Shown here piece by piece: positions 1-11,131 of a stretch of DNA of 40,051 nt (positions are counted from its first letter, which is position 1; each line of letters opens with the position of its first letter). The translations under genes were made by a program, and so were the position numbers. The notes under the pieces were generated by a model. That model made no database searches. It was not told the DNA's origin and saw only the letters and a program-made list of their open reading frames with translations. Source of the DNA: a bacterium (GTDB lineage: Bacteria; Hinthialibacterota; Hinthialibacteria; Hinthialibacterales; Hinthialibacteraceae); contig JBHGBC010000044.1 in NCBI GenBank assembly GCA_041946805.1, forward strand, positions 1 through 40,051. The letters are read 5' to 3'.

Positions 1-1095
1 GAACGGATCCCGCGGATGGGAGAAAAATTTCCCGGCCAGGTCGCCAAGTACAAGGATTTCCGGCGCGTGCTGGAACAAAAGGACATCGACGCGGTGGTGA
101 TCGCCACGCCCGACCACTGGCACGCCATCCAAATGATCGAGGCGTGTGAGGCGGGGAAGGATGTGTACGTCGAGAAGCCCCTGACCGTCACCATTCACGA
201 AGGCCGCCGCATGGTGGAAGCCGAAAAACGCACCGGGCGGATCGTCCAGGTGGGACTGCACCGCCGCTCCTCCAACCTCTACCGGAAGGCGGCCGAACTG
301 GTGGGGAAGGGAACCATCGGCAAGGTTACCGTGGCCCGGACCTATCACATCACCAACATGTATCCGGACGGGATCGGGCGCATGGACGAGACGAATCCGC
401 CCGCGGGATGGGATTGGGACCTGTGGCTGGGCCCCCGCCCCGCGCAGGGATTTCGGTACGACATCGCCCCGTACAAGTTCCGGTGGTGGCAGGCGTATTC
501 CTCGCAGGTGGGCAACTGGGGTGTGCATTACTTCGACGCGATCCGGTGGGTGTTGAATGAACAGGCGCCGGTTTCCATTTCGGCGCATGGAGGCCGGTTC
601 GCGCTGCAAGACGACCGGACCATCCCCGACACCATGGAAGTGATCTTCGAACTGCCGTCCGGCGTGTTACTGGTCTTCGGCCTCTACGAAGCCTCCGGAG
701 GCTCCGCCCTGGAACGGGGGGAAATCGAATTCCGGGGCACCCTGGGCAACCTCTATACCGGCGAAGAGGGATCGGGTTATGTCGTGGTCCCCTCTCGGGG
801 CGGCCAGTTCCAAAAATCCGAAACGTATATGAAACGAATGGAAGAAAAACGGATGGACGCCGATTTGACCGACCAACACGTCCGCAATTTCCTGGATTCG
901 CTGAAATCACGCCGACCCTGCAACTGCGATACGGAAACCGGACACCGTTCCACGACTTTCGCCCACTTGGCGAACATCGCCTTGGCCACCCGCAGCCGGA
1001 TCGAATGGGATCCGAAATCGGAGCGCGTCACCAACAACGAGGACGCCAACCAGCTGCTGCACTACGAATACCGGGAACCATGGAAGTTGGGGTGA
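1..1095 (+). CDS. Gfo/Idh/MocA family NAD(P)-dependent oxidoreductase (5'-truncated by window edge)
   Basis: Frame open from base 1; motifs IDAVVIATPDHWH, GKDVYVEKP, VQVGLHRRS, WDLWLGP, NWGVHYFD. Confidence 0.93.
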   Translation, partial: ERIPRMGEKFPGQVAKYKDFRRVLEQKDIDAVVIATPDHWHAIQMIEACEAGKDVYVEKPLTVTIHEGRRMVEAEKRTGRIVQVGLHRRSSNLYRKAAELVGKGTIGKVTVARTYHITNMYPDGIGRMDETNPPAGWDWDLWLGPRPAQGFRYDIAPYKFRWWQAYSSQVGNWGVHYFDAIRWVLNEQAPVSISAHGGRFALQDDRTIPDTMEVIFELPSGVLLVFGLYEASGGSALERGEIEFRGTLGNLYTGEEGSGYVVVPSRGGQFQKSETYMKRMEEKRMDADLTDQHVRNFLDSLKSRRPCNCDTETGHRSTTFAHLANIALATRSRIEWDPKSERVTNNEDANQLLHYEYREPWKLG

Positions 1096-1123
1096 GATAG
1101 GGAGGTATTCGTGCTTGTGATTT

Positions 1124-1150
1124 CACCGCCGAGACGCGGAGGGCGCGGAG
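1124..1150. repeat. Short REP-like intergenic unit CACCGCCGAGACGCGGAGGGCGCGGAG (9-bp internal repeat)
   Basis: CGCGGAG repeated at 9-bp spacing just downstream of the stop codon. Confidence 0.35.
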
Positions 1151-1227
1151 GGTGTAGGGATGACTCAGAAAGAAGATAGGGCGGATAAAGCAGCAATCGG
1201 AAAGGATATCTATGCAGTGAAGCTATT

Positions 1228-1260
1228 CCCTCACCCTAACCCTCTCCCGGAGGGAGAGGG
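1228..1260 (+). repeat. BoxC-like palindromic repeat CCCTCACCCTNNCCCTCTCCCNNAGGGAGAGGG
   Basis: CCCTCACCCTAACCCTCTCCCGGAGGGAGAGGG; CCCTCTCCC/GGGAGAGGG stem; many other copies in window. Confidence 0.9.
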
Positions 1261-1453
1261 AGCGGCAATGAGAACGGAATCGTATACGGACCAGCCAATA
1301 TGAAAAAAAGGCTACGAAGCATATCTTTTTCTTTAATGAATGATCCCAACTTCGCGGAGTCGCCTAAAGTCATGATATGAAAGGTCGATCTATTCGAATT
1401 TGTGGGTTTTCCAGGACACGTAATTGCTAACAAAAATCTTGCATTAAACCATT

Positions 1454-1486
1454 CCCTCTCCCCCCGGGAGAGGGCCAGGGTGAGGG
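1454..1486 (-). repeat. BoxC-like palindromic repeat, inverted relative to 1228-1260
   Basis: CCCTCTCCCCCCGGGAGAGGGCCAGGGTGAGGG. Confidence 0.9.
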
Positions 1487-1548
1487 AAAACCTTGTTTGT
1501 ACGAATTTGTTCTCACCAAAGAACAATGGATGAAAAAACGAACAAGCG

Positions 1549-1582
1549 AAACCGGCCGCGCTTTTTGGGGCGCGGCCGGTTT
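1549..1582. terminator. Probable intrinsic (possibly bidirectional) terminator between convergent oxidoreductase genes
   Basis: 13-bp stem AAACCGGCCGCGC / GCGCGGCCGGTTT, 8-nt loop, T-rich tails on both strands, about 25 bp past the minus-strand stop. Confidence 0.75.
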
Positions 1583-1606
1583 GTTATTGCAGTGATGAAG
1601 AATCGA

Positions 1607-3049
<1,443 letters not shown>

Positions 3050-3231
3050 TCTGATTTCTCCCAATTCTGCGTGAATTTTCATTCCTCGAAAGATAGATGG
3101 AGTGACGCTCCATAAGATCGCGCCCATTATATCGCGGGCGGGGAGTTGGCATAAGGTGGAAGAGGGAACCCATTTCCATCCCTTTCTAACGCCCCGGGAA
3201 TCCGCCTACAATGCCTGCCATTGGGTGGACG

Positions 3232-4827
3232 ATGAAAAAAGACTCCTTGCTCAAATCGACCAGTTACTTCAGTTTGGCCACGCTCATCAGCCGGGTGCTC
3301 GGCCTGGTGCGGGATTCCTGCATCGCCGCGTTGATCCCCGCCGCGTGGCAGGATATTTTTTGGCTCGGCTTCCGGATCCCCAGCACCTTCCGGCAGCTCT
3401 TCGCCGAGGGGGCCTTGTCAGCGGCCTTCATCCCCCTGCTCAGCCGGGTGCGCGAGCAGGAAGGGGAGGAGGAAGGGAAAAAACTCGGCTCGGCGGTGTT
3501 TTACCTGCTGTCGCTGACCGTGGGCGCCGTATGCATCGCGGCGGTGGTCCTTTCGCCCTGGTTTGTGCCGTGGTTGCTCAACTTCCCCGAGGACCCGGAG
3601 GTGCGTGCGCAAGCCATGTCGCTGGCCTCGCCCTATGGCGACTGGCGGGTGGAGGCCGGGGTGAAGGCCACTCAGATCATGTTTCCCTTCTTGTTGTTCG
3701 TGGCCCTGGCGGCCTGGGCGATGGGGGTTCTCAACACGTACCGGTATTTTTTCATCCCCGCGATGGCCTCGTCGTTTTTCAACGTCAGCCTGATCGCGGG
3801 CAGTTTCGCCGCCGCCGCCTGGTATGAGGGCATGGCGCAGATATGGGCCATGGGGATCTCGGTGGTGATCGGCGGCTTGCTGCAATTCGCGGTGCAGATT
3901 CCCCCTGCCCGCCGGATCGGTTATTTCCCGTTGCGGCGGGTGTCGCCGTTCTCACCCAAGGTGCGGAAATTTCTGTGGATGCTCGCTCCCAGCATTTTCG
4001 GCCTGGCGATCTATCAGATCAACGCACTGATCACCCAGACGTACTTCGCCACTCATTTCGGCGAGGGCGGCGTATCGCAGATGAATTACGCCTTCCGGCT
4101 GATCCAGTTCCCGCTGGGGGTGGTGGGCGTGGCGCTGGCGACCGCCTCGTTTCCCCGCATCGCGCAGTTCATCTCGCAAGAGAATCACAACGAGGCGGCG
4201 CAGACCCTGGTGGACGTCATCAAGTACCTGACGTTGATGATGATCCCCTCCGCCGTGGGTTTCATTGTCCTGGGCGAGGACATCACCGCCCTGATCTACG
4301 ACCGCGGCAAGTTTCACGCGGAAAACTGGCTGCATCCCACCAATTCCGTCCTGGGCATGTATTCGCTCGGTTTATTTTCCTACACGGTCGTGAAAGTTCT
4401 GGCGCAGGCGTTCCAGGCGCATCATGACTTCCGTACCCCGGTGATCACGGGGACCATTGCCGTGACGTGCAACATCACCCTGTGCGCGGTCTTCGTGTCG
4501 AGCGGATTGCCGTTGTGGTCGCTGGCCCTGGCTTCATCCATCGCCAGCATCCTGCACACGGGATTGCTCATGGGCCTGCTCTTGGGCCGGATGAAAGCCC
4601 TGCGCATGGCCCCCATCGCGGATTTCTTCCTGCGGATCTGCCTGGCCTCGCTGGGCATGGCCGCCGCCTGCTGGTTCGTGATGCGGGTATTCCCCGTCGC
4701 CGGCGGCGCTAGCCTGGGATGGGGCCTGCGGGTGAGCTGCGGCATCGGAGTCAGCTTGCTGGTCTACGGCGCGCTGGGACGGCTTTTGTTTCCCGTCGAA
4801 CTGGGGCGGGTATTGCGGTTGAAATAA
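3232..4827 (+). CDS. murJ: Lipid II flippase MurJ (MviN)
   Basis: ATLISRVLGLVRD, FRIPSTFRQLFAEGALSAAFIP, YAFRLIQFPLGVVG, ALIYDRGKF; polytopic membrane protein. Confidence 0.95.
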   Translation: MKKDSLLKSTSYFSLATLISRVLGLVRDSCIAALIPAAWQDIFWLGFRIPSTFRQLFAEGALSAAFIPLLSRVREQEGEEEGKKLGSAVFYLLSLTVGAVCIAAVVLSPWFVPWLLNFPEDPEVRAQAMSLASPYGDWRVEAGVKATQIMFPFLLFVALAAWAMGVLNTYRYFFIPAMASSFFNVSLIAGSFAAAAWYEGMAQIWAMGISVVIGGLLQFAVQIPPARRIGYFPLRRVSPFSPKVRKFLWMLAPSIFGLAIYQINALITQTYFATHFGEGGVSQMNYAFRLIQFPLGVVGVALATASFPRIAQFISQENHNEAAQTLVDVIKYLTLMMIPSAVGFIVLGEDITALIYDRGKFHAENWLHPTNSVLGMYSLGLFSYTVVKVLAQAFQAHHDFRTPVITGTIAVTCNITLCAVFVSSGLPLWSLALASSIASILHTGLLMGLLLGRMKALRMAPIADFFLRICLASLGMAAACWFVMRVFPVAGGASLGWGLRVSCGIGVSLLVYGALGRLLFPVELGRVLRLK

Positions 4828-4836
4828 TAATACGTG

Positions 4837-5637
4837 TCAGACGCAGCCCTTCATTTCCGCCCACGTTTTCTGGCCGATGGCCACCATCGTGCGGATACGG
4901 CCGGCGTCGCTGACCGCGATTTCATATTCCGGGATCTGGGGAATCCCTCCCAGCGAAACGTTGGGATTGCGGTAGGCCATGCGGCTGAGAATGCGGGATT
5001 GGACGGAGGCGTGGTACTCGTGGGCCTTGGTTTTCAACATCAACTCGGCCAGGTTGCCCTCCCGGATGCCGCCCCCCGCCATGATGAGGACCCGGTCCTG
5101 CGCCTGCTGGACCAACCGGGACAGCAGTTCCAGTCCCTTCATGACGTTCCGGGTCTGGCCGGAGGTGAGGATGCGGTCGAATCCCAACTCGATGATCTCG
5201 TGCAGGGCGGTGAAAGGATCGGGAGTCATGTCGAAGGCGCGGTGGAAGGTAACCGAGAGAGGACGCGAGAATTCCAGCAATTGCCGCGACCGGGCCTTAT
5301 CGATCGTGCCGTCTTCGTTCAAGATGCCGAACACGACACCGTTCATCCCCAGATCCTTGGTGATCTGGATATCCTGCTTCATGATCTCGAATTCCAGGTC
5401 GGAGTAGAGAAAATCGCCGCCCCGGGGCCGGATCAGCACATGAATGGGGAGAGAAACGTATTCCCGCGCCAGAACCATGCATCCGGCGCTGGGCGTGGTG
5501 CCTCCCACATACAGGTTGTCGCACAGTTCCACCCGTTGCGCGCCCCCTTCCTGCGCGGCGATGGCGGATGCCAGGGAATTGGCGCAAATCTCCAGGATGA
5601 AGGGTTCCTTCGTTGACGGCATGGGTCGGCTTTCCAT
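4837..5637 (-). CDS. cutC: Copper homeostasis protein CutC (TIM barrel)
   Basis: LEICANS, GGAQRVELC, GGTTPS, LIRPRGGDFLYS, TFHRAFD, RILTSG, IMAGGG. Confidence 0.95.
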   Translation of the reverse strand: MESRPMPSTKEPFILEICANSLASAIAAQEGGAQRVELCDNLYVGGTTPSAGCMVLAREYVSLPIHVLIRPRGGDFLYSDLEFEIMKQDIQITKDLGMNGVVFGILNEDGTIDKARSRQLLEFSRPLSVTFHRAFDMTPDPFTALHEIIELGFDRILTSGQTRNVMKGLELLSRLVQQAQDRVLIMAGGGIREGNLAELMLKTKAHEYHASVQSRILSRMAYRNPNVSLGGIPQIPEYEIAVSDAGRIRTMVAIGQKTWAEMKGCV

Positions 5638-5810
5638 TCAACGATATGGTAAAAACAATCCACATTCCATACCCGATTCTATACGCAACGATTTAAATCT
5701 CTACTCCGCAAGCGCCTTCCCGCCATGTTTCCCGGAACCATGGCATTTTCGAAACGCCTGGGAATACCAGCATGGAATTGGATTATCGATTGGGTGGTGA
5801 GTAGATCTCG

Positions 5811-5932
5811 CGCCCTTTCAGGGTTTCCCTCACCCTTCCCCTCTCACCCTCTCCCCGAGGGAGAGGGAATTAACCTTTTATCGTCCATATCCCAGGCCGT
5901 AGCCCTGGGCTTGTTTCTGGCGCGCCGCGGGC
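5811..5932 (+). repeat. Composite ~120-bp repeat (family 2): CGCCCTTTCAGGG + BoxC-like core (5827-5867) + CCCAGG..CCTGGGC hairpin
   Basis: Colinear with the reverse complement of 14384-14503. Confidence 0.8.
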
Positions 5933-5942
5933 ATTTGTAATC

Positions 5943-7967
5943 TTACGGCCGCGGCCCCACCTGGCTGACATCGATGGGATGAAAACCCAATTCCAGCGTG
6001 GGCGAACCGGGCTTCAGACGAAAATCGTCATGCTCCGGGTCCACGAACAGAGGATCGGCGATTCGGGAATGCGTGTCCTGCCCCTTGGCGCGCCATTCGT
6101 CCCAGGTCCAATTGGCGAACTTGAAATCCCGGACTTTCGGATTCCAATACAGATTGTAGTCGCAACGGTAGTTGCTGCCCGACCAATTGCTGCCCAGCAG
6201 TTCACCCTCATCAAAGTACACGATATTCCGCTCGAACGTGAAGGATAGGTGCTCCTCGGCGCGGGTCCGCATCACCTGGTATTCCTTGGCCAGGGCGAAG
6301 ATGTTGTTGCGGATGACATTTTCCTTACCGTAATGCTGATGAAATCCCGCGCTTTTGGTGCGGTAGGTGATGTTGTTTTCGATCCGGATCTGGGTGCTGC
6401 CCTCGTCCGGGTAAATGCCCCATCCGCCGTAACTGAACGATTGTATGTCATGGAAGATGTTGTTGCGGATCACGGTGCCCGGCTGGGTCCCCAGGGTGTA
6501 GATGCCGCCCATGTCGCTGAGGATCCCCTGGCCGATGTCGTGCACATGGTTGAACTCGATGATATTGTGATGCGCTCCGGTGGGCGAATACCCCCAGGTC
6601 CAGCCCACGGAAATGCCCGTGTAGTAGGTGTGATGGATATGATTGTGGGCGATGGTGTTGTGATCGCTTTGCCCCACCCAGACGCCCACCGCCGCGGGAT
6701 AAATAATCCCGATGTGATGGATGCGGTTGTCGGTCACCTCGTTGTGCCGGGTGATCAGGGGATCTTCCGTACGCAGGGCGCCTTCGCCGATTTTGACGCC
6801 GCCCGCGCCCAGGTCCGACATTTCGTTACCCGCGATGCGGTTGTATTTACACCCTTGATTGAATTCCACCGCGTAGTTGCCCAGCTGCGTGAAGCGGCAT
6901 TGTTGCACCACGCAATGTTCCGCGCCCGTAGCCATGAAGGCGGCATCGATATTGTAGGCCGCCTGTACGTCTCCATATCCTTCTTCCAAGTGGGAAGTGC
7001 GAGAGTGTTGGAAAGTCAGTCCTTCGAACGACAAGTAATTCACGGTTTTTTCCGCCTGAGGATCACCTTCCAGCCGGATGAGGTTTGTCAGCCGCGGCGC
7101 GATCACGCTTGCCGGCTGCTGGGAAGACTTCAAGTTGAGGGTCAGGATGCCCGATTTCCGTTCCAGGCGCCATTCGCCGGGCTGATCGAGGGCCTCGGGG
7201 GCGTTTTCGATCCAGTAGCGGGGATTCTTTTCACCTTGCCAACTGGAATTGGGCGCCGGTTTGGTCAGCGTGGCGGTGTGATGGGTCTCATCCACTTCGA
7301 CAATCGGCATGCGGATTTCCGTCCACTTGGAAAGGCCGATCACATCCACATCGCCATATTCTTCCCATTCCTTTTTGATGTCGCCGTCCTGGAACGTGAA
7401 ACGCGCCGGGCCTTCGAGGGGCACTTCTCCCACCATGGTATGAAATCCCTCGTTGGGCGTGCGCGCGCGGGTCCAGCGTTCGCCGTCGACGAAGAGTTGA
7501 TAAAAGTACCATTGGCCGTTCTTCACCTCGGGAAGGGTGGCCTGGATTCGGTTTGTCCCCCTGGCGGTCCACTCCACGTCGAGCCGGCGTCCGCCGCTGA
7601 GCACCGGGGATTCGTTGCCGAAATTGACATAGCGAATGGGATATTCTTTCGTTCCCGAATCCTCCGGGGTGAACACCACCGTTTCATCCAAAAAAAACAT
7701 CCCGCCCCGCAGGTAAACGGTCACCGGCTGGTTGAAGGATCCCTCCCGCTTCATTTGCCGGATGGCGTCGCGGGCGCGGGTAATCGTGGCGAAGGGACCG
7801 TCGGTTTGACCATGGGTCGGCTTTGAAAGCGTCCCCGACCAGGCGTCGTTTCCTTGTGGCGACACAAAGAAGATTTTCCCAGCGGGTGCTTCACCACTGG
7901 AAGCGAAGAGTCCGGACGAGATAACGGAGCATAGACTCAGAAATACAACCAAGGCGGTTTTTTTCAT
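5943..7967 (-). CDS. Secreted right-handed parallel beta-helix protein (pectin-lyase fold, GH141-like)
   Basis: Signal peptide MKKTALVVFLSL; FVSPQGNDAWSG, DGPFAT, LDQPGEW, DMGGIYTLG, GIYPDEGS; NxIxxNxI repeats. Confidence 0.88.
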   Translation of the reverse strand: MKKTALVVFLSLCSVISSGLFASSGEAPAGKIFFVSPQGNDAWSGTLSKPTHGQTDGPFATITRARDAIRQMKREGSFNQPVTVYLRGGMFFLDETVVFTPEDSGTKEYPIRYVNFGNESPVLSGGRRLDVEWTARGTNRIQATLPEVKNGQWYFYQLFVDGERWTRARTPNEGFHTMVGEVPLEGPARFTFQDGDIKKEWEEYGDVDVIGLSKWTEIRMPIVEVDETHHTATLTKPAPNSSWQGEKNPRYWIENAPEALDQPGEWRLERKSGILTLNLKSSQQPASVIAPRLTNLIRLEGDPQAEKTVNYLSFEGLTFQHSRTSHLEEGYGDVQAAYNIDAAFMATGAEHCVVQQCRFTQLGNYAVEFNQGCKYNRIAGNEMSDLGAGGVKIGEGALRTEDPLITRHNEVTDNRIHHIGIIYPAAVGVWVGQSDHNTIAHNHIHHTYYTGISVGWTWGYSPTGAHHNIIEFNHVHDIGQGILSDMGGIYTLGTQPGTVIRNNIFHDIQSFSYGGWGIYPDEGSTQIRIENNITYRTKSAGFHQHYGKENVIRNNIFALAKEYQVMRTRAEEHLSFTFERNIVYFDEGELLGSNWSGSNYRCDYNLYWNPKVRDFKFANWTWDEWRAKGQDTHSRIADPLFVDPEHDDFRLKPGSPTLELGFHPIDVSQVGPRP

Positions 7968-8047
7968 GATAAACAGCAACTCCTGGATTTTATTGATCTC
8001 CTTTTGGGAAGAAGGCCGAGGTGGGGAACGGCGAAAAGAACGGCTTT

Positions 8048-8080
8048 CCCTCACCCTGACCCTCTCCCAGGAGGAGAGGG
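8048..8080 (+). repeat. BoxC-like palindromic repeat
   Basis: CCCTCACCCTGACCCTCTCCCAGGAGGAGAGGG, followed by TTTATCCCTC as in the family-2 copy at 14.4 kb. Confidence 0.88.
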
Positions 8081-8216
8081 AATTTTGGGTTTATCCCTCA
8101 ATCCAGGGGAAAAAGACGTATGTCGTTTCTCCCTGAAATGATGGGCGAAAGGAATGAAATTTCCTGTCCGGCTGTACATACCTATCACAAAACCGCGCGG
8201 GATTCCAGCCGGAGGG

Positions 8217-8924
8217 TCATTCGGGGAAAGGAAGGGGATTCTCGATTTCCTGGATATTTTCCGGGCCGTCGTTGGCCGGGCTGTTGATCCGCGGACTGAC
8301 CGGGCGCAGGGCCATCTCTTCCGGCGGGTACGATCGCAGGAGCGGCTGGATCGCCTCATCGGCGGTGACGGCGGGATCCAACCAGACGTCATAGGCTTCG
8401 GGCGGCACGATCACCGGCATGCGCTCGTGCAGGATTTGAATCAGCGAATTGGCCGCGGTAGTGAGGATCGTGCACGACAAGACCGGCTCCTCTTCGCCTT
8501 TCCAGGCTTCCCACATTCCCGCGAAGGCGAAAGGCAGGCCATTCCGGAGATAGATGTAATAAGGCTGTGATACGGACTTGGATTTTCCCGTCGCGGGGAT
8601 TTTATGCCATTCGTAAAATCCGTCGGCGGGGATCAGGCACCGCTGCCGCCGGATGGCCTGGCGGAACGCGGGCTTCTCGAAAACGCTCTCGCCGCGGGCG
8701 TTGATCATCCGGTTGCCGATGGCGGGGTCCTTGGCCCACGCGGGGATCAGCCCCCACCGCATGAAGATCATTTCCCGCTCCGTGTCCTCGGACGCCTGCC
8801 GAACCGCCGCCACCGGCTGCGTGGGCGCGATGTTGTACCGGGGTTTCCTGAGCGGCGTCCGGTTAAGCCGGAACATACTGCGGATGAGTTCTTCCGAGGA
8901 AATCAATGAGAATCTTCCACACAT
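8217..8924 (-). CDS. SOS response-associated peptidase (SRAP / YedK / HMCES family), abasic-site protection
   Basis: N-terminal MCGRF with catalytic Cys2 (ATG at 8924); RYNIAPTQ, WGLIP, INARGES, RCLIPADGFYEW, HERMPVI. Confidence 0.95.
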   Translation of the reverse strand: MCGRFSLISSEELIRSMFRLNRTPLRKPRYNIAPTQPVAAVRQASEDTEREMIFMRWGLIPAWAKDPAIGNRMINARGESVFEKPAFRQAIRRQRCLIPADGFYEWHKIPATGKSKSVSQPYYIYLRNGLPFAFAGMWEAWKGEEEPVLSCTILTTAANSLIQILHERMPVIVPPEAYDVWLDPAVTADEAIQPLLRSYPPEEMALRPVSPRINSPANDGPENIQEIENPLPFPE

Positions 8925-9004
8925 GAGTTTGACCTTTTTCGGATATTGAGGGAGTTGATTGTCCCATCGTGGATAAAATGAAATTCCCATCGCGGAAATG
9001 TATT

Positions 9005-9037
9005 CCCTCCCCCTCTGGGAGAGGGTCAAGGGGAGGG
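9005..9037 (-). repeat. BoxC-like palindromic repeat
   Basis: CCCTCCCCCTCTGGGAGAGGGTCAAGGGGAGGG. Confidence 0.82.
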
Positions 9038-9200
9038 AAAGCTTTTCTTCTGCGCAATCCCTCGCCTTTTCTCCCAAGACAGGGATGACCGGCTCTGGAT
9101 AAACTGTAAATTCTCCCCTCTTTCCTTGATCGTTCCTCGCCGCGGTTCTACCTTGATTATACAATACCTTTGATAAATCACGGGAAAGGGGGCCTGATTC

Positions 9201-9776
9201 ATGGCTTTGACACCTTCCACCATGTTGCCGCTGGGAACTTTAGCGCCGGATTTTGGACTGCCCGATCCTTCCGGGGAAATCGTTTCCTTGCGGGATTACG
9301 CGGGCGCTCAGGCGTACCTGGTGATCTTCATGTGCAATCACTGCCCTTATGTCAAGCACGTGCGTCCACTGCTGGCGGAACTGGGGCGGGAATGCCAGAA
9401 AAAGGGCGTGGCCATGTTTGGTATCAACGCCAACAACGTTGTAACCCATCCCCAGGACAACCCGGACATGATGGCCCGGGAGATCCAGGACGCCGGCTAT
9501 GTATTTCCTTATCTGTTTGATGAATCCCAGGATGTGGCCAAGGCCTACCGGGCGGCCTGCACCCCCGATCCCTACCTCTTCGACAAGAATCGTAAACTCG
9601 TCTACCGGGGACAGCTCGACGGCAGCCGCCCGGGGAACGATATCCCCCTCACGGGACAGGACATCCGTGCGGCGGTCGAGGCCGTATTGAAGGGACAACC
9701 GGTCTCGCCGGACCAGAAGCCCAGCATGGGCTGCAACATCAAGTGGAAACCGGGCAACGAGCCGGATTACGCCTGA
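9201..9776 (+). CDS. Thioredoxin-fold AhpC/TSA (redoxin) family protein
   Basis: APDFGLPD, FMCNHCPYV, FPYLFDESQDVAKAYRAACTPD, PSMGCNIKWK. Confidence 0.92.
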   Translation: MALTPSTMLPLGTLAPDFGLPDPSGEIVSLRDYAGAQAYLVIFMCNHCPYVKHVRPLLAELGRECQKKGVAMFGINANNVVTHPQDNPDMMAREIQDAGYVFPYLFDESQDVAKAYRAACTPDPYLFDKNRKLVYRGQLDGSRPGNDIPLTGQDIRAAVEAVLKGQPVSPDQKPSMGCNIKWKPGNEPDYA

Positions 9777-10945
9777 TCGGCCGCCCGCCGTTTCATCCAG
9801 AAAGCCGCGGCGGCGAGATTCACCAATACCAACAATCCCATCACGATACCCAGGTTGCGGGAGATTGGATTGTACGGTTCAATCAATCCCGGATGGGCCG
9901 CTTCCGCCGTGTGGGTGGCGGGCTGGATCAAATCATGCGCGGTCAGCGGCGGCAGGCCAAAGGGCAGGGGAATGGGTTTGTCCCGGACCATCAAAGTTTC
10001 CAGCGAGGTCGTCCATTCGGCCCGCATGAGTAGATCGGTTCCCGGATTCAATGCCTTGACCTGGCAGGAACAAGGTCCCACGATGAACTCGCACGCCTCG
10101 CGGATGGTTTCCGGCTCGATCCCGCCGCCCACCAGCGCGTAAAGGATTCTACCTTGACCGAACACGGGGAACGCCATCGGTTCCTGCTCATAGTCCACCA
10201 GGTCCATTTCGCTGCGCAGCAAGATTTCGATCAGCATCTTTTCCGCGGGATCATCGCGGGAAAGCCGCAGGATGGAAAAATCGATCCGCAGGCCGGTGGT
10301 GTCCACATCGCTGAAATCATCCACCAGGATCGTCTCTTCTTCCGTTGAGTCTTTTTCAAACAACGGCGGCGTGTTGGGATCGGGGAGCCTTAAAGTCTTT
10401 TCGAGATGATCTAATTGGCTGGATAATACAGACAAGGCATTTTCGTCTTTTTCCCGGTTGCCGCTCTCCAGGAACAGCCAAACCGCCGATTCGCCTTCGA
10501 TCAGCCGCCGCGCGATGGTTTGCCGCGCCGGGGAATCGATCACCGATTGGATCCACTCCTCCCGCAAAGGCCCGGAGAGCAACACGCCGCGCGGGCGGCC
10601 GGTGGCTACATGCCGGACCGCGACCCAGGGAAACTCCGGCGGGGGACTATCCAATTCGTAGTGGGAGGCGTCCCGCCCCTGAGCTTCATCCCAATCGGCG
10701 ATGTTCAGCGAAAAATTGAAATGCTTTTCCTGTGTCCAGGACGAACGGTTCAGTTCCAGGATGAGTTGTTTTTGCCCTGATAGGATCTCGCCCCGCTGGA
10801 ACACCGTGATTTCGTATACTTCCGGTTCCCACCGTTCCAGGGCGTAGCGGTACACGGGAATGCTGCAACCCGGGGCGGGAAGGCTCGGGAATCCGAGACA
10901 GGCCGCGAGGAATAAGGCCGAAATTGGTTTCAATAATAATTTCAT
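9767..10945 (-). CDS. Exported hypothetical protein with C-terminal membrane anchor
   Basis: Signal-like N-terminus MKLLLKPISALFLAACL; CSIPVYRYALERW and GPCSCQVKALNPG motifs; C-terminal hydrophobic helix followed by KRR. Confidence 0.8.
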   Translation of the reverse strand: MKLLLKPISALFLAACLGFPSLPAPGCSIPVYRYALERWEPEVYEITVFQRGEILSGQKQLILELNRSSWTQEKHFNFSLNIADWDEAQGRDASHYELDSPPPEFPWVAVRHVATGRPRGVLLSGPLREEWIQSVIDSPARQTIARRLIEGESAVWLFLESGNREKDENALSVLSSQLDHLEKTLRLPDPNTPPLFEKDSTEEETILVDDFSDVDTTGLRIDFSILRLSRDDPAEKMLIEILLRSEMDLVDYEQEPMAFPVFGQGRILYALVGGGIEPETIREACEFIVGPCSCQVKALNPGTDLLMRAEWTTSLETLMVRDKPIPLPFGLPPLTAHDLIQPATHTAEAAHPGLIEPYNPISRNLGIVMGLLVLVNLAAAAFWMKRRAADQA

Positions 10946-11131
10946 GGTTAAAGAGCGATTGTATTGGTCGGCGTGATTTGTGGAAGTGGGTTCCGCGGGT
11001 ATGTGTTGCATGATGTGAAAGGGCGAAGAGGATGTGGCTGAGTGGGTGGGACATTCGTGGTTGACGCAGGCGCGTAGCGCGCCATCAAATCAACAGGAGA
11101 AACAAACAAAGGCAATGTCCTTGCCGTGCTG

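Noticed and set aside
8912..9105. Possible seventh MITE around the 9005 core
   Set aside because: TIR-like matches are weak, spacing disagrees with the other copies, and the left end would overlap the SRAP start codon
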